The translations under genes and the position numbers were made by a program. This document shows positions 40,701-54,229 of a DNA stretch of 64,000 nucleotides, piece after piece. Below the pieces are notes generated by a model. That model saw only the letters and a list, made by a program, of their open reading frames with translations. It had not been told where the DNA came from and made no database searches. Each line of letters starts with the position of its first letter. Position 1 is the stretch's first letter. The DNA comes from Marsupella aquatica (lineage: Eukaryota; Plantae; Marchantiophyta): positions 27,689,561 through 27,753,560 of the forward strand of contig OZ316891.1 of NCBI GenBank assembly GCA_973895155.1. The letters run 5' to 3'.

Positions 40701-43700
40701 AGACAAAAATTCCAAGCAAAATGCTTCGAGATTCACTGGATCCAAATGACTGCTATGTAGCTTGTCTACTAAGTCACCGAAAAGGAGAGGATTGAGTCTT
40801 GACCACTCACGATATTGCAACAGTGACTGAACCGCCTGAAGAAAAGCCGGGGAAACATCCTTCACAGGTGCAACCTCCTGGATACAGTAATCACAAGAAC
40901 GTCGATTGACTCAGGAGATAGTGACAAAAACCAACTGTAATACAGATCTAAGAAAGAGGGAAGACTTATCAAGCACAATTGCTAAAAAGAAAGACTCAGG
41001 ACGGAGTATGGAAACAGTGTGCCTACTTGAACTGACTTGGCATCACTTTGAAAGCCAAACAGGAGCATTCGCCTTAATACTTTAGAGCAAAGCAGCCATC
41101 TGTCACATGTTATCGACAATGCTTTGCCCTGTTCGGGTGGAAGCCCCATTTCAGGATTTGCAAGAAATGCTGAAAACCCTTGGAGGATGATCTGCATGTC
41201 TGCGTACCAATGGCGCCAGGTGTAGTCGAAAAGCTGAGATGTGATCTGCCAGAAATGACACAATAGAAGTCATGTCTGATCAGTACTCGAATTCAACTTT
41301 TAAGGTAGGTCGTTAGGACAGTCGCATCTTCCTGACGTGGAAAGAACTGGAGTGATTTAAAATCTTGTAAATAATGTACAGTGCATCCCCATCAACTCGA
41401 CGCACCTGCACCGAGACACCAGAGAATATTTCAACAGCATTGAGTGCTAAGTTGCTAAGTTGCTACTAAGATCTCCGATATCTTTTTCTAAAATGCTACA
41501 AAGATCTTGAGTTGATGGCAAATACAGAAGGTCCCCGTGGTCATAGACAGTCTGAGTAAACGTCTGGGAAAACAAACGTCTGGACACTTGACGTCTTCAA
41601 AGTACCTCTGCGAAATTCCTCTGGTCTGCTGCCAGACGTTTTGTTGACAACTCCTTTAGAGTTTGATTTAAGACCAAGTATACTCGTTGTGTCAAAAGGA
41701 CATCTGGAGACTGCAGCTTCTGTAGCAGCGCAGGGAACAGCTCAGGCCTGATCATTCCATTTCCAACGGAAAAAACCGTAATTTGAGTATACCAAGGCAT
41801 CGTTGAACACATTCCAAAACTGTAGTCATGATCGCTAGTGGAAAAACATGAGAAAGGGTCAAGGAGATAACAGGCTAGCAATCACTGACGTCTCTCCATT
41901 TTTATCCACTGCAGCATGTGCCCTCAGAAGGATGCTCAGAGTTCAAGCTGCTGAAGCTAGTCTGAAACCCTAACCGCAAGAATTTGTCCCAAAGTATAAT
42001 TGGAGGCCAAAACAAAACACAGCGCAGAGGCCTTGAGGCAAACAGTCAACGGTGTGCATGTTTATTACAGCATATTTGCTTTCTCTGAAAGCCCTTGTCC
42101 TATTCAAATACTATTTGTTGCGTTACAGTAGGAAAACGTCTTTATTAGCACAAGCCATGAGCCACTGTTCTCTGACGGGAAAATCGACGCATGCACAGTT
42201 ATATAATGCAGAACCAGAACCAAAGCACTTAAGAAGTTGCAAAGATGATGGCATACCACTCTCTAGGATAGTCAAAACGAGCAATTTTTGCTATCAGCAG
42301 CGCAAGTTGGACAGCAACCTGCATTGCAACGACCATACATCGTTAACTCTACATCGGTTAACAAGCCTCCTTCACAGTAAAAGCCAATTACACACAGTGA
42401 ACACTCCAAGTCCACCAAATAAGCATGAACAGCAATGATAGATAGGAAGCTAATCAGGCTAATGTCTTGCTCAGTAACTAGTAAACTATTTAGCAAACAT
42501 TTGATCTGAAAGAAAGTTGACTTAGTACAGCCATGGCGAGAAACCACTGTTGAAGTCAACCCTACTACACACGGTGATCTACAAAATATGTAAAGAGCGA
42601 GGCTCCAGGCCAAAGCAATATACTCGGTGATCACATCAGGCTGTACAAAGAAGACTTCGATGAACAAAAGGCAGAGGTTGAAAAACCAACCTTGTTATCT
42701 TCCTCCCTAATAAGCTCCAGCAGGGTACTTCGTAGGTAGGGTTTCTCTGCATCACTAATACCCCTGAAGACAGGCACAATCCAATCTCAGAAATCATACA
42801 TCAAAGGCAAGAGTACTAGAGTTCACTGCAATGATACTCAGTGAGGAGGGTAAAGTACTGCATCATCGTGAATGCTTCTCTTGGCACTCTCTCCGCAAAC
42901 AGCAAACAAAACGACAGTATGCCTCCGATGCTTCATTCTTAACCTAAACGTTCCAGTCTCGTTGCTTCTAAACAAAGAGATTGAAAGCAAACTTCTTGAG
43001 TTGCCCCGTGCAAGGATCAGGGTTAAAACTTCATATCACAAAATAATGTGATTAAATGCTTCAGAGCGGCAGACAACTTTTTCAGCATTCATTGAATCAG
43101 AGGCAGGAGATATGAGTTGAAGACAAAAGGCAAGGCACACTGGGCAGGGTAAACAAACTGAACGCATGAAACACTTCTTGGAGAACGTTATGGAAACGGC
43201 AACTCATGTTAGGTTAAAAGTCGAGATCAGTTTCAAGAGAGAAAACAAAGGCCAAGGGTATGCAGCTCAAAAGAATGCAAGATTTGAGAAACAAACGTTA
43301 GATCGCAGAATGAAAATTGCAGATTGGAATACTAGCCACCGTCAGGGCATCTCATGAATGAAGTCTAATATAAGAGGCCACTCACGATGTATCACGCCGA
43401 ATCCGCCAGTAGCGATTGATGCTGTTTTTGAAGTAGACTGAGGCCAGCCACCGTGCATCACTCTGCTTCTCCAAATCTCTGGAGGCAATAATTCCCTGCG
43501 TTCATCCTTTGAAATAAATTAGTCATCTACGCAGGTGTTACCCTCAAAACTGTTTACGAAGGAGAGAATGCCAGCAGCCAGCTATGGTGGCGACAGACGA
43601 GCGATCCCCTTCCTGTATCCGGAGCGGTCATCGAATCCAAAATCTTTGTAACACACAGGGTGGAGCGGAATTTACCAAGAGGCAAGAGCAAAACCCCGGG

Positions 43701-43816
43701 CGATTTTCGCAGGCTGCTAGGGTGGCTTCCGCAGGCTTCTGAATGCTCTGATCCTGGTTGAGTGCATTTTGCAGTAGAGAGAAGACAGTCGGTAAATCTG
43801 CTGTCGTCAGAGCCAT
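34706..43816 (-). CDS. IPO11: Importin-11 / KAP120 (KA120)-like importin-beta family protein, 23 exons, 1011 aa
   Basis: Exons 43816-43676, 43495-43386, 42763-42691, 42318-42257, 41747-41606, 41245-41027, 40877-40811, 40559-40175, 39963-39816, 39353-39181, 38992-38893, 38586-38512, 38228-38094, 37771-37679, 37479-37297, 37068-36964, 36746-36588, 36444-36400, 36158-35946, 35748-35639, 35364-35308, 35207-35129, 34867-34706 (3036 nt in frame). Motifs RWLASVYFKNSINRYWR (IBN_N), IAKIARFDYPREWPELF, KELSTKRL, DLEEWAQEPEAF, LRPCAE, ILRRRVAWLVGQWV. Confidence 0.94.
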
Positions 43817-45293
43817 TCTTCTTTGCAGCTTTCCTGGATTCCAGGAAAGCTCAGGACGCTCGATATGGTATGGTGAATCTCACAATTAGATCCAGCGGAT
43901 CGCAGGTGTATGTAGGAAAAAGACGGGGTTATCCAACTGGGACGACGAGGTATCGGACCATGTGAACCTAAAGCTGCCTGGCTGAATTTCTACCCTCAAC
44001 GCTTTGAACCTTTGAGAACAATGCATGGAAAGGTTAAATTAATCTTGCCGCATTTGATCTTCCTTGTCCCTGGGAAGTAGGGAGGGAGGGAGAGCCGACC
44101 CCGCCTTGATGGAACAAAGGCTCAAACGCCAGCCGGCAGTCAAGTAACGACCATAAGCAAGCTTTAGGTCAAATGATTCTGAGGCTCCTCCCTTGTGGTA
44201 CCTTCCGCACCTTTTGCTTCGGATCAAGGAACCACCACAGCTCTGTCTGTCATAAATGTACAATGCTGGGCTGGCTGTGGCAGGAATACGCCCAGTTCTT
44301 CACATTCGTAGATCGTACAAACCTTTCAGCAACAATCTGCTGTCAATAAATTCAAATCCCGAAGAATTGGCCGCCCAAATCCTCCTCCTCCCTTTTCCTC
44401 TTCCTTATTCCCAGACCTACCGTAGTCTTAAACCCATTCTCCCCTACCAAGCGGCCAAGAATCCACCGAAAAATAACTGAAGGCTCCGACAACTGGCTAG
44501 ACCATCAATCTTTCTGGCTGTCACACACCGCCCCAGGCAGGCTCCAACGCAGCACGAGCACCTGATTGGTGACTCCTCCGCAGGATTGGAGAGAACACAG
44601 GGTGCAATATCAACCCAGAAGACAATAGGAGCAGCGATTCAGACCAGCAGCATCATTCTGAAGAGAGGAAAGAGGCCCTCAGAAGAAGCCTGTTGCAGTA
44701 ACTGAGCACGGCAGCAGGAATCGTCGGGATTCAATTGGACAACATGACTTCAGAGCAAAACCACAGACAATTCTGAAGAGAGGGAAGCCACGCAGAGCAA
44801 AACAACGCACAGCAGAGCAGAGGAGAGGAGAAGAGAGGGAACCTTGGTCGGGAAGGAAAAGGAATGGGGGCTCCCCAATTTGTGCGTCGACGAGAAGGAG
44901 AAAGAGGAACTCACTGAGGACGGGAAGGCGAGTTTGCGATCAGTGGGAGGAAGAAGGCAAGGAACAATGGGAAAGTAGAGAAGGAAATCTCTGGTGCTCT
45001 GAGATCGACGAGGGAAGGGAAAAGGAAGGTGAAGCAAGGGAGGATCGAGGTCTAATGGAGGATTGAAGTGAATTCAGTGCTCCGTGTTGAGGAGAGGAAA
45101 GAATCGACAGCGGAGAAGAGAACAGAAGAGAAGAGAAGCGGAGGGGTCAGGAAGATTTATGACGGAAAAGGGAGGAGAAGAAGATCGTGAAAGAAATCAA
45201 ATCTCTTTACTCGTCAGCGTTTTGAAGAACTATAAAATGAATTGGATTTCTATTTTGGGCTTTTTTGCTAGGATAGGCCATGTAAAAAACTTT

Positions 45294-45786
45294 TAAGCTT
45301 CCATTAAACCACACTCATATAAAAGCCCCATTCCCTGCCTGGATTGCTCATTCCTGGCTTTCTAAAGTATTTCTAAGCTTCCATTAAACCACACCTGCTT
45401 ATATTAAAGCCCCATTCCTTGCCTGGCTATTGCTCAACTCCTGGCTTCCTAAAGTATTTATAAGCTTCCATTACATCACACCACTTATATTAAAGCCCCA
45501 TTCCTTGCCTCTCTATTGCTCAACTCCTGGCTTTCTAAATTATAAGCTTCCATTCAATCACACTTGCTTATATTATAGCCACATTCCTTGCCTGTCTATT
45601 GCTCATTAATTCTTGGCTTTCTAAAGTACTTCTAAGCTTCCACTAAACCACACCTGCCCATATTAAAGCCCCATCCCTTGCCTGGCTATTGCTCAACTCC
45701 TGGCTTTCTAAAGTATTTCTAAGCTTCCATTAAACCACACCTGCCCATACAAAAGCCCCATTCATTGCCTCGCTATTGCTCATTGC
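45294..45786. repeat. Tandem array of six ~80-90-bp units upstream of the importin-11 leader
   Basis: Unit taagcttccattaaaccacacctgc..atattaaagccccattccttgcctggctattgctcaactcctggctttctaaagtatttc; starts at about 45295, 45373, 45461, 45543, 45633, 45720. Confidence 0.92.
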
Positions 45787-46852
45787 TGTCCTGTGGTGCG
45801 AACTGACCATAAACTGACTTGCGCACTGTATAGTGAGAGCTACAAGTAGTTGTGGTCCAAACCACAACTGCCCATGTATAAGGGGAAGTGTCCAAAAACT
45901 TCTCTATTATTCCACATTCCACTCATTTCTTTCCTCTAAGGTGCCAGTCTGCTTCACAATTTTGGGAAAAATTTACTGTTAATAGTGAAATTTGAATCCC
46001 TGTAGCTCTTGAATGGGCAACTATGGGTTAAGAAACATGTGCATTGAAACCAAGATGACATGGATTTAGTGAAAACAAACATTTCCTTTCATATAGAGAG
46101 GAATATCTGATCCCATTAGAGTCCATATGTTTGGATGGAGATCCCGTCTGAGCTTATGACTCATGGTTTGAAGCTAGGTTTGAAGGCAAGCCCAGAGCAA
46201 AGGCTTACATGGTGGTTTATTAAGGTAACCCCCAAACTAGTTCTTATTTCTATCATGCTCATCAGATGATTTTCACAAAATATGGGTATTCTAATTAGAC
46301 TAAGGTCACACTTGGTATCTGGAAAAATACACCAAGCTAACGCCATGAACTTGTGAAAAGCAACCAATAATTTATTTTTACAAGTAATCCTTGGTACAGA
46401 GTTCAGGCTATTGTGTCTTTCCGTTGCCTTCAAAACAAATTGATTGAACATTGATGTGTCCAGCCCTGGGACTAGTACCCTATTTGAGATTTAACTAAGA
46501 ACATCATCTAAGAACATTAGCCTACACTTCAGAGGTTTGTTGCTTGTAATTCAACTACAGCAAATAATTGAGAAATTTTGCTCATATATAAACGTTCCAT
46601 GATTCTGCCACCAACTATGGTGCGAGTGTCATTGCTTTCACTGTTATTTGCAAGGAAGGTCGAGTCATCATTGTCCTCAATATTTTACACCACTTTACTT
46701 GCCTGGTCACTGTTGTAATCATTGTCCAGGCTACTGTGTTTATGTGTGTTGACGCTGCATCTTGAATAATCTCCTGGCCTCTTCAGTTGCCTCCTGTTGG
46801 GGACAATTTCTCACTTGGTCATAACACATTTGACGCTTCTTTGTACTCAAAG

Positions 46853-47130
46853 TATTATGCATTTACTCTTAGGTCTAGAATAACTATGTAACCGCAGTCA
46901 GTTTATTCATAGTGTCATGTGTTTGGCTAAGGTTATGTGTGCTATGATTATATTCACTAACATGACTTAGTTAGTGAGTGGAACTTAGGCTCCTTGTTAC
47001 AAAATCAATTGAGAGATGGTGGGACCTTAGTATGTGGAGAGTTGGTATGATCAACTGGCATAATTAGAGTTCACTAAAACTTCTTGTGCTTTCCCGTGGA
47101 TGTAGCTCATCCTCATTGTCCACATCATGT
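46853..47130 (-). mobile_element. Degenerate LTR-like copy (inverse orientation) related to 55091-55435
   Basis: atttactcttaggtctaga, gaacttaggct..ttgttac, ttgagagat, ttggtatg and ttcccgtggatgta are colinear with the reverse complement of the solo LTR. Confidence 0.65.
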
Positions 47131-47499
47131 GAACCGGCAGCATTGGAGACCCTCACATTGACCTGATCATCTTACATTTTCTGTTTGCCCTTCAAAGCAG
47201 GAGGACACATCCTACGTGTCATTGATTTGCAGAATGGCGTTGTTGGCGTTGCAGCTTTGCTCCTGGTTTTGGTCTACATCTGTCGGAACTGGCTCATTCT
47301 AGCCCCTTGGAAGCTTGAAATAAATAGTGAAAGAGCAATGTAGAATTCATGAAGATCAGTGGCAGCTTGAATTGTAGGGCAAACACTAAAAGCTTATGTA
47401 CTGACAACATTGGGGATAAGTTTGCCTTTGCAAGTCCTCTTGTAGCTTGGTGGCCTTGAAATCGTAGTGTGTGTTAAATTTAGACTACCTGCATAGTCA

Positions 47500-48720
47500 T
47501 CTCCACATCCATAAATGCAAGAATAGCAAATAGTCCCCAAGGTCACGCATTCCAGCTAATAACAAGGCTTTCCTGAAGTCCTCCAATGCCCGACACCACA
47601 GTATTTTGGCTGCTGTACAAGCCCTTTTCTCCAATTTTCTCCAAATCATCCAAATTTGGGAGGACACATTCAAAGGTACCTCTTGCCATTGTGGTTTGAA
47701 GGCTTGGTTGTTGCTATCAACTAGCTAACATGTCTAATGGCCCCGTCTGTCACACACAAGCTCAAACATATAAGCATTGTTTACCCAAAAATTCTAAACT
47801 CCAAAGAAAAGGGCACATGAAATAACAAAAGCACTTGCCTTGGACTGAAGAAAATGCCCTCAAATAGTATTTGGGGTCTGTTATTTTGCCAATGTTGTTA
47901 GCAACAGGCTTGCTCTTTTCTTCAATCATGTGGGGTTGAGCATCATACTTTGTTGGAGTGACAGCGTAACGCAATGACTCAAAAAGTTTTCTCATTTCTT
48001 TGTCATGGCGTTTGTGCACATTCTCTCCAAGATGTCAATTCAAGTGCAATATGTTGAATGCCAATGTTGGTGAAAATCTTTGGCAATACTTGAGCCTAAA
48101 TTTTCTCCCTATCTGAAATGGATAAACTGTCCTACTTGCTCAAGTCTGGAATTGCATCTTATGACAATTAAAAGAATATAGCCAATTCTCTTTGTTGTCT
48201 GATGACATCTAGTGTGCTGGCTGGCAACATTTCAGGATATGTCCATCAAAGGCATCCAGGGGCTTGGAGTGACCATAAGATTCCTTGGAAGCAAACCGGT
48301 ATATGAGCAGCATAATTATCCAATTGACCTTCAGGAGCCCTACTTTGCTAGTGGCCCTGGATCACGCTTGAGGATACGGTGGCAATGCACAAGTATAAAT
48401 TTAAAAGAGTGTGCCCGGTCTTCATTGAGGTGCTTCAAACATCTGTGTTTTGCAGTTAAGATTTGTGAAGATGGACTAGTGCTGGGGCAGTATCTCTCAA
48501 GGACAAAGCTCTGGTCTGGCTGTTCTGCACAATGATGACCAAGATACTATCCTCAACCTTTCAATTTTCCCTCTTCTGGCCTCGACTTCTGGCCCACAAC
48601 ATGCATTTCATGAAAATCACGGAGGTTCACTGTAAATGCATGTCCTCCTATATAACAAACTTGTTTTTGTAGGTCCTATGCAACTTGGCAAGTCTATCCA
48701 GGCAAAACATTTGAGATGGG
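47500..48720 (-). pseudogene. Decayed Mutator (MULE/MuDR) transposase
   Basis: Frameshifted fragments SDNKENW, ISDREK and HLGENVHKRH..EMRKLF fit the MULE E..NW / SDR.KG / C..HL..N region. Many stops; boundaries approximate. Confidence 0.55.
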
Positions 48721-49426
48721 GATCCCCACTGCGGTTATAGCTTTCATAAATCAAGAACCGTTCCAAGGTGATGTTAAATTAACAGCCATACTCCATGCCA
48801 AGAAATGAAGGAGGGCAATTGAGACAGCATGTTACTCCAAGGGACAATCTCCCCTGCCCCCAATGTGAGAGAAATGGTTTTTTTTCTAGAGACAAATTGG
48901 GCTAAACATTAAATATATAGGATAACCCTTGGCTTTGAGAAGGCTGTGGGCTATAATCCCCACGAGCGGATAGCCTGAGGGAGCTTAGATTCCAAGTGTC
49001 TTTCCTATTTTTGCCTAGAATAATCTGTCCACATCTCACAATCCCAGAGCTAGCATAGGTTAGGCAACACATTGCCTAAGTTTCACAACCTTCACTCTGA
49101 GTGTAATATTCTTGACAGCATTTTTGTCAGTGTTTTACCAAAATACTTTAATGCACCCAAGTTCCATAGCCCCCTAGCAAGGCTAGCCAACAAGTAAGTC
49201 TCATACTCCTGGACCTGAGCTAGGCAGGGGGTTATAAACGCCAACTAAGGGTGAATTTTCAAGTGTTCAGGGCCTGTTGCTTCTCTTTATCTACTCTAAT
49301 GTCAAGTCTGGATATTAACCTCCAACTAAGGGTGGATTTTCAAGTGGTAGGGGGGCTTGTTGCTTATCTTCATACCATCTAGGATTAAATCTGGACTACA
49401 TGATGAATGTAAATGGCTCAGGGAAA

Positions 49427-49683
49427 TGCTGTCCTGATGTTGATTTTGTCTAGAATTTTAGACCCCCTCTAGATGTGGTCCAAACATTACTAAACTTTGG
49501 CTCTACTCATTCAGGAGATTTGTATTTGTTGAACCTCATTCAAGAGATTGTGTTGCTGTCCTGATGTTGATTTTGTCTAGAATTTTAGACCCCCTCTAGA
49601 TGTGGTCCAACTATTACCAAACTTTGGCTCTACTCATTCAGGAGATTTGGATTTATTGAACCTCATTCAAGAGATTGTGTTGT
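49427..49683. repeat. Near-exact 127-bp tandem duplication
   Basis: tgctgtcctgatgttgattttgtctagaattttagaccccctctagatgtggtccaa...cattcaagagattgtgt occurs twice. Confidence 0.9.
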
Positions 49684-49799
49684 GGTCCAAAAATGACCCG
49701 AAGTTTAGCACTTCATGAACGTCATTGCCAAATTTTCGCACCTGCATGGAAGAGATTTGCTTTTATAAGAATTCATTTCAAATGTGTTTGGCCTCCTTG

Positions 49800-50275
49800 T
49801 AGTGTATAAAGTGCCCCCACATCTACAGCTTGTAAAGCTACCCCAAACTACAAACAAAAGGTTTCTGGATTTGGAGCTGATCATTTGGAATGGCCTTGGA
49901 GCTAACCATTTGGAGACATGCTCCGTAGAGGGTAGTTACTGCCCCCACATCTAAATTTTGTAAAGTCATCCTAAACTACAAAGAAAGACAAAATGCACTA
50001 GAGGTTTCTGGACTTGTAGGAGGCCATTTAGAAAAATGCTCCGTATAGTGTATTTGCCGCCCCCACATCTAAAATTTGTGAAGGCCCCCTAAACTACAAA
50101 GGAAAGTAAACTGCACTAGAGGTTCCTGGACTGGTAGCGGGCCATTTGGAAAAGTGCTCCGTAGAGTGTATTTACTGCCCCCACGTCTACACCTTGTAAA
50201 GCCACCTTAAGGTACCAAGAAATAAACGCACTAGAGGTTTATAGACTTGTAGCAGGCCTTTTGGAAAAATGCCGC
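49800..50275. repeat. Degenerate ~120-bp tandem array (4 units)
   Basis: gcccccac(a/g)tcta...tgtaaag...ctacaaa...gaggtttctggac...ccatttgga...gctccgtaga recurs. Confidence 0.85.
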
Positions 50276-52042
50276 AAAGAATCCACGAGTCCCGCAATTC
50301 AAGGAAAGCGCATGGGACCCCCAGAATCATGCAAATTTCCTCTACAGTAAATACTCCATACTTCTAGTACAGTCCCGGATTCAGATTCCCTGGTCACAAA
50401 TCATGCAAGATTTGCCAAAATCCTCGTCTGCCATACACAAATTCGACCTCTGCTCTTTCCTTTTTCGTGCAACTGAATGGAATGCTTACACTGATCCTGA
50501 TCCTGATCCTGATCAGGTACTGCAGTAGAGCCACACAACCTCGTTTCCATTTCCCATGAAATCAAGCATTCAGACATACAGAACAAATTTGTCTCTTGAT
50601 CTTACTCCGTTGTCATCACTTCAATGAACACCGCCACGCACAGCTTCGACCCACATCAGATTTTCACCTTTCTGTTCTGCAGACCAATTCATCTGCAGTG
50701 GCTTCAATAAAGACCTCTAAGTGATCGCTAAATATTCTCCTTGGACATGACCAAAGTGTACCTCAAAAAGTTATCAAGGCAAGGAAACAGATTCTCCATC
50801 CACTTTATCACCAGCAAATCCATCACCACACGCGCACCATTCTCCCTCATCTCACGTCATAGGAACTGTCCGAGTATAATCCGAAGTGGGTGAAAATGGT
50901 CCACTGACGTCAGTCCGAGACTCCTCGGTGAACACGAAAGCACCGAGCTGCTGCTTTTGCACCCTATGCAAAGCCTTCTTGCCACGAGGCTGACGACCGC
51001 ATAGCGTATTAGAGCAGGTGTGGCAAACTGATCTCCCTCGTCACGATGCTTTGGCATGCCGGAAGAGAGAATTCTGGATCAAAAGCTCAGTGGCAACAGT
51101 AGACTCTAGGGAAGCAGGTTATAAGGCATCGATGGGTAAAATCTACGACAAAAATGTAGGACAAGACAACGAAATTCAAGGTCGTCCTTGCCACGGTTGA
51201 GTGCACAGAAGCCCCCACTACTGATTGACTTCAACGAGAAAGGCTTGGCACCCGACAGGCAGGACTTTTGAGTAAGAAATGCCTTCTCGGGATATCTCAT
51301 CATCATTATCGCATTACTTCGACCGAATCACGAGCAGACATCAGGATACTTGGAAGCCTCAAGCACACTCCATTAAGAATCTACTATCAAATCGACAGTG
51401 CCCAGACAAGGAGATGCAGAAGAATTGTGAACTACGAATCAGAATGACCATCAAAGCTTAAAGAAGCTAGTCTTCCTCTCCATGTAACTCATTACATAGC
51501 ACAGTACAAGGATCGTCTTCCACCCCGGTCCTGCAGGATCTCCAGCATTCATGCTTAAAACGCCACCTTGGTAGCATGATGCCATTTTCCAAGCGTTGAT
51601 TCGCCTTAGTAAAATGGCGTACTCATGAAACATAGATCATTTAATTTACTTTAGAAGCTTAAATGTCAGAGCTTGCTCAATTGAGCTTTCGAACAAATGA
51701 TAATACATCAAACAATGCTCCGAGACAGGACATCTCAAGAGCATTAAGTGTTTCGTCAACTCCTACATACTTTACAACCCGGTCCGCCCTCATCCAAAGA
51801 ATTTCACGTTCATAGAACAGACTTCTACAATATTACATGCCGGCCGATTTCTCTTCAGTTCGTTCCATCCCGTTTCCTGTTATGCATCCACATTCCGGAG
51901 AATCAAGGGTCAGATCAAAAAATATTAAAACACCTGAGAGAATGACAAGAATCCAAAGCGAGTCTTCGATTGGCCGACATATTGTACATGCTACGCTCCA
52001 AATGACCTTGCAGGTCACCTATTTGGAGTCTAACTTTAAGCA

Positions 52043-52174
52043 CCAAACATCCCAGCCTAGTTTGGTCGTCCTAAAGTTTGGTTCCTTCTCATATAGGTGG
52101 ACCACACATCCCAGCCAAGTTTGGTCTTCCTAAAGTTTGGTTCCTTCTCATATAGGTGGACCAAACATCCCAGC
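52043..52174. repeat. 59-bp tandem duplication
   Basis: acatcccagcc..gtttggtc.tcctaaagtttggttccttctcatataggtggacca occurs twice, plus a partial third start. Confidence 0.85.
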
Positions 52175-53028
52175 CGACCACCTACATGGGAAGCGCCAAG
52201 GCTCAAGAGTTTCCTGGGAGCAAGGCTCAGGAGTTTCCTGGGAGCACGTAGCTAACTTTGACACCGGTAGAACAAGATACAACGCTAACAGACAGATGCA
52301 CAAAAGCGATTCAGCTAGTAGAGTTACTACTTGAGTCAGGACGACGTCCTCTACAGGCTGTGTTGTCACAACACATCCAGAACCTCCACAATGGTATGTC
52401 GGTCAGTACGAGATCATGGAGGATTCAGACGACCAACTAACAACCAGGAAACCCACCCAAGCAACTCAATCATATTTCAGGTAGGGCAAGGGACAGCCAA
52501 ACTACCAAATTCGACACGTCGTACGACACGAACTGGGGACCAGTTACGTAGCCAATTCTACAACCATCACCGTTGCAAGGGGTCAATAGAACAAGAGCGA
52601 TACGAAAAGCAAATAAAGCAACGAGCAGGACGTTTTCAGAGCCGGCCTCAGTCTGGAAAGCTGAATTTCGAAGCCAATAACGAAACTTCGACCGACAGGA
52701 AGGTTCATTTGCAACTATTGCTATTGCTACTGCTTCTCAAATCTTCATGTTCCCCTTCATGTATCGCTGTGCCCACTTCGATGGGCTCATCAACATCGCG
52801 TCCGCCCAGATTGAAATTTCCTGAAACTACACGCCCGTCCAGCCCTCTGTATCCCAGGGCTGCTACCGAGCTTTCTCAGTCTAGGTGACGAGCTTCTCAC
52901 AGTCGAAGGAAGGTCGCATTCACCAGTTCCCGGCTTACCAGTCTTCCAAGAAAACAATGAGCTCACTGGAATCTAAAGTTTAGAAGGAGTGCAAAACTTA
53001 CCCGAAAGGTATCAGTACAAACGCATTT

Positions 53029-53433
53029 TCAGTCCTCGTAGGTCCTGCACTCGTCAGCTTCCGGGACTTCATTGCAGAAAGCTTCAAGAGGATCCTTCTT
53101 GTCCTTGTCGGACACCTTCTTGTGCGCCACAGTGGCCGCCAGTTCCTCTACCTCATCCCAAGCCGCAGCACAGTTTCCAGAAGCCTCGTCAGCTTTGCAC
53201 ACCTCTTCCGCCTCATCGATCGCATGCTGCACAGTCTCCTCCAAATTAGTCCCACTCGGCGACGCCCTCGCCACCAAGTGAGCGTTCCGAGACAGGCGCA
53301 AGGGCGCAGCGAATGACGCCGACGACGCCACCCTAACGGACGAAGTCGACGAGAACACAGGGCTCGTGGCAGCACTCACGCAAGCCGAAGACATCGACAC
53401 AGTCATCGACGAAGCCATCGCCAACGATGCCAT
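53029..53433 (-). CDS. CP12: Calvin-cycle protein CP12, chloroplast precursor (134 aa, intronless)
   Basis: S/A-rich transit peptide from MASLAMASS; N-terminal Cys pair CKADEASGNC; AWDEVEEL core; C-terminal DPLEAFCNEVPEADECRTYED. Confidence 0.96.
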   Translation of the reverse strand: MASLAMASSMTVSMSSACVSAATSPVFSSTSSVRVASSASFAAPLRLSRNAHLVARASPSGTNLEETVQHAIDEAEEVCKADEASGNCAAAWDEVEELAATVAHKKVSDKDKKDPLEAFCNEVPEADECRTYED

Positions 53434-53818
53434 CCTCCCAAACGATCTCTCTGTCACCTCTTAGTCCTCTTCTTCTTATCTTCTGTTCAATATTTCGATC
53501 ACAATAAAAACTCAACCAAATTGCCCACAGACAAGCTTTTGAAGGCCGCAACTATATATCCTGTCCCGTTCAAGACAGCGGCTCAAATCAACCCCGGAAT
53601 CCTCGAGAAACAGTTCGATCTCACCGCAAACACATGAACAATGGCTTCGCACGGATTCGAAGTTTGACGAAAAGCAATTGCTCGAGCAATTTCTCGAGCA
53701 AAGGAACTCAATCCGAAGCAGCGCGAGAAGGAGACGGACGACAGAACGGGAAGGAAAGTGAATTGCTCTCGACGGATTTGTCGAGCGGACTGCGGGAGAG
53801 AGGGGGACGAGAGAGGGG

Positions 53819-53854
53819 AGATATTTGGTGCCGGGAAAACAGGACACACGTGGC
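53819..53854 (-). promoter_or_regulatory. Evening-element-like AAATATCT and G-box (GCCACGTG) upstream of CP12
   Basis: agatattt at 53819-53826 and CACGTG at 53847-53852, ~400 bp upstream of the ATG. Fits light/clock control of a Calvin-cycle gene; function is inferred. Confidence 0.45.
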
Positions 53855-54229
53855 GTCAATTGATTCATACGATGCTTGGCGACCTCCGCTGCCAATCAGC
53901 TCCTCATTGGCCGACGGGGCTATCCACCCGCTTTTGTTCCTCAACCCTTCGGACAGAGAGTTTATTCTTCGTTTCACTCTTCGGTCCGAATATCGGACCG
54001 CGCGCTCGTCCGTCCGTCGGCTAGAAAGGTTTCTCCTCCACTCCTTTCTTTGCTCTATCTTCGGGCTACAGGCACGGTTGCATAGAACCCTCACCCTCAT
54101 CCATTCCTTCCCCAGACTGTGGGAACCATCTGAGCCGTTGAAGCTCTGGGGATCGTACTGGAGCTGGTTCAGGAGTCAACTATATTCCACGCTAGGACAG
54201 GTCTACCAATAATTTTTTCAGGAGAAACG

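Noticed and set aside
49800-50275. CCCCACATCT resembling the plant snRNA USE (TCCCACATCG)
   Set aside because: Imperfect match inside a tandem repeat, with no snRNA body downstream.
52331-52888. 185-aa + strand ORF
   Set aside because: Non-ATG start, antisense to the probable CP12 3' region, no recognisable motif.
53634-54212. 192-aa + strand ORF and overlapping shadows
   Set aside because: It lies over the GC-rich CP12 promoter and leader and resembles no protein I know.
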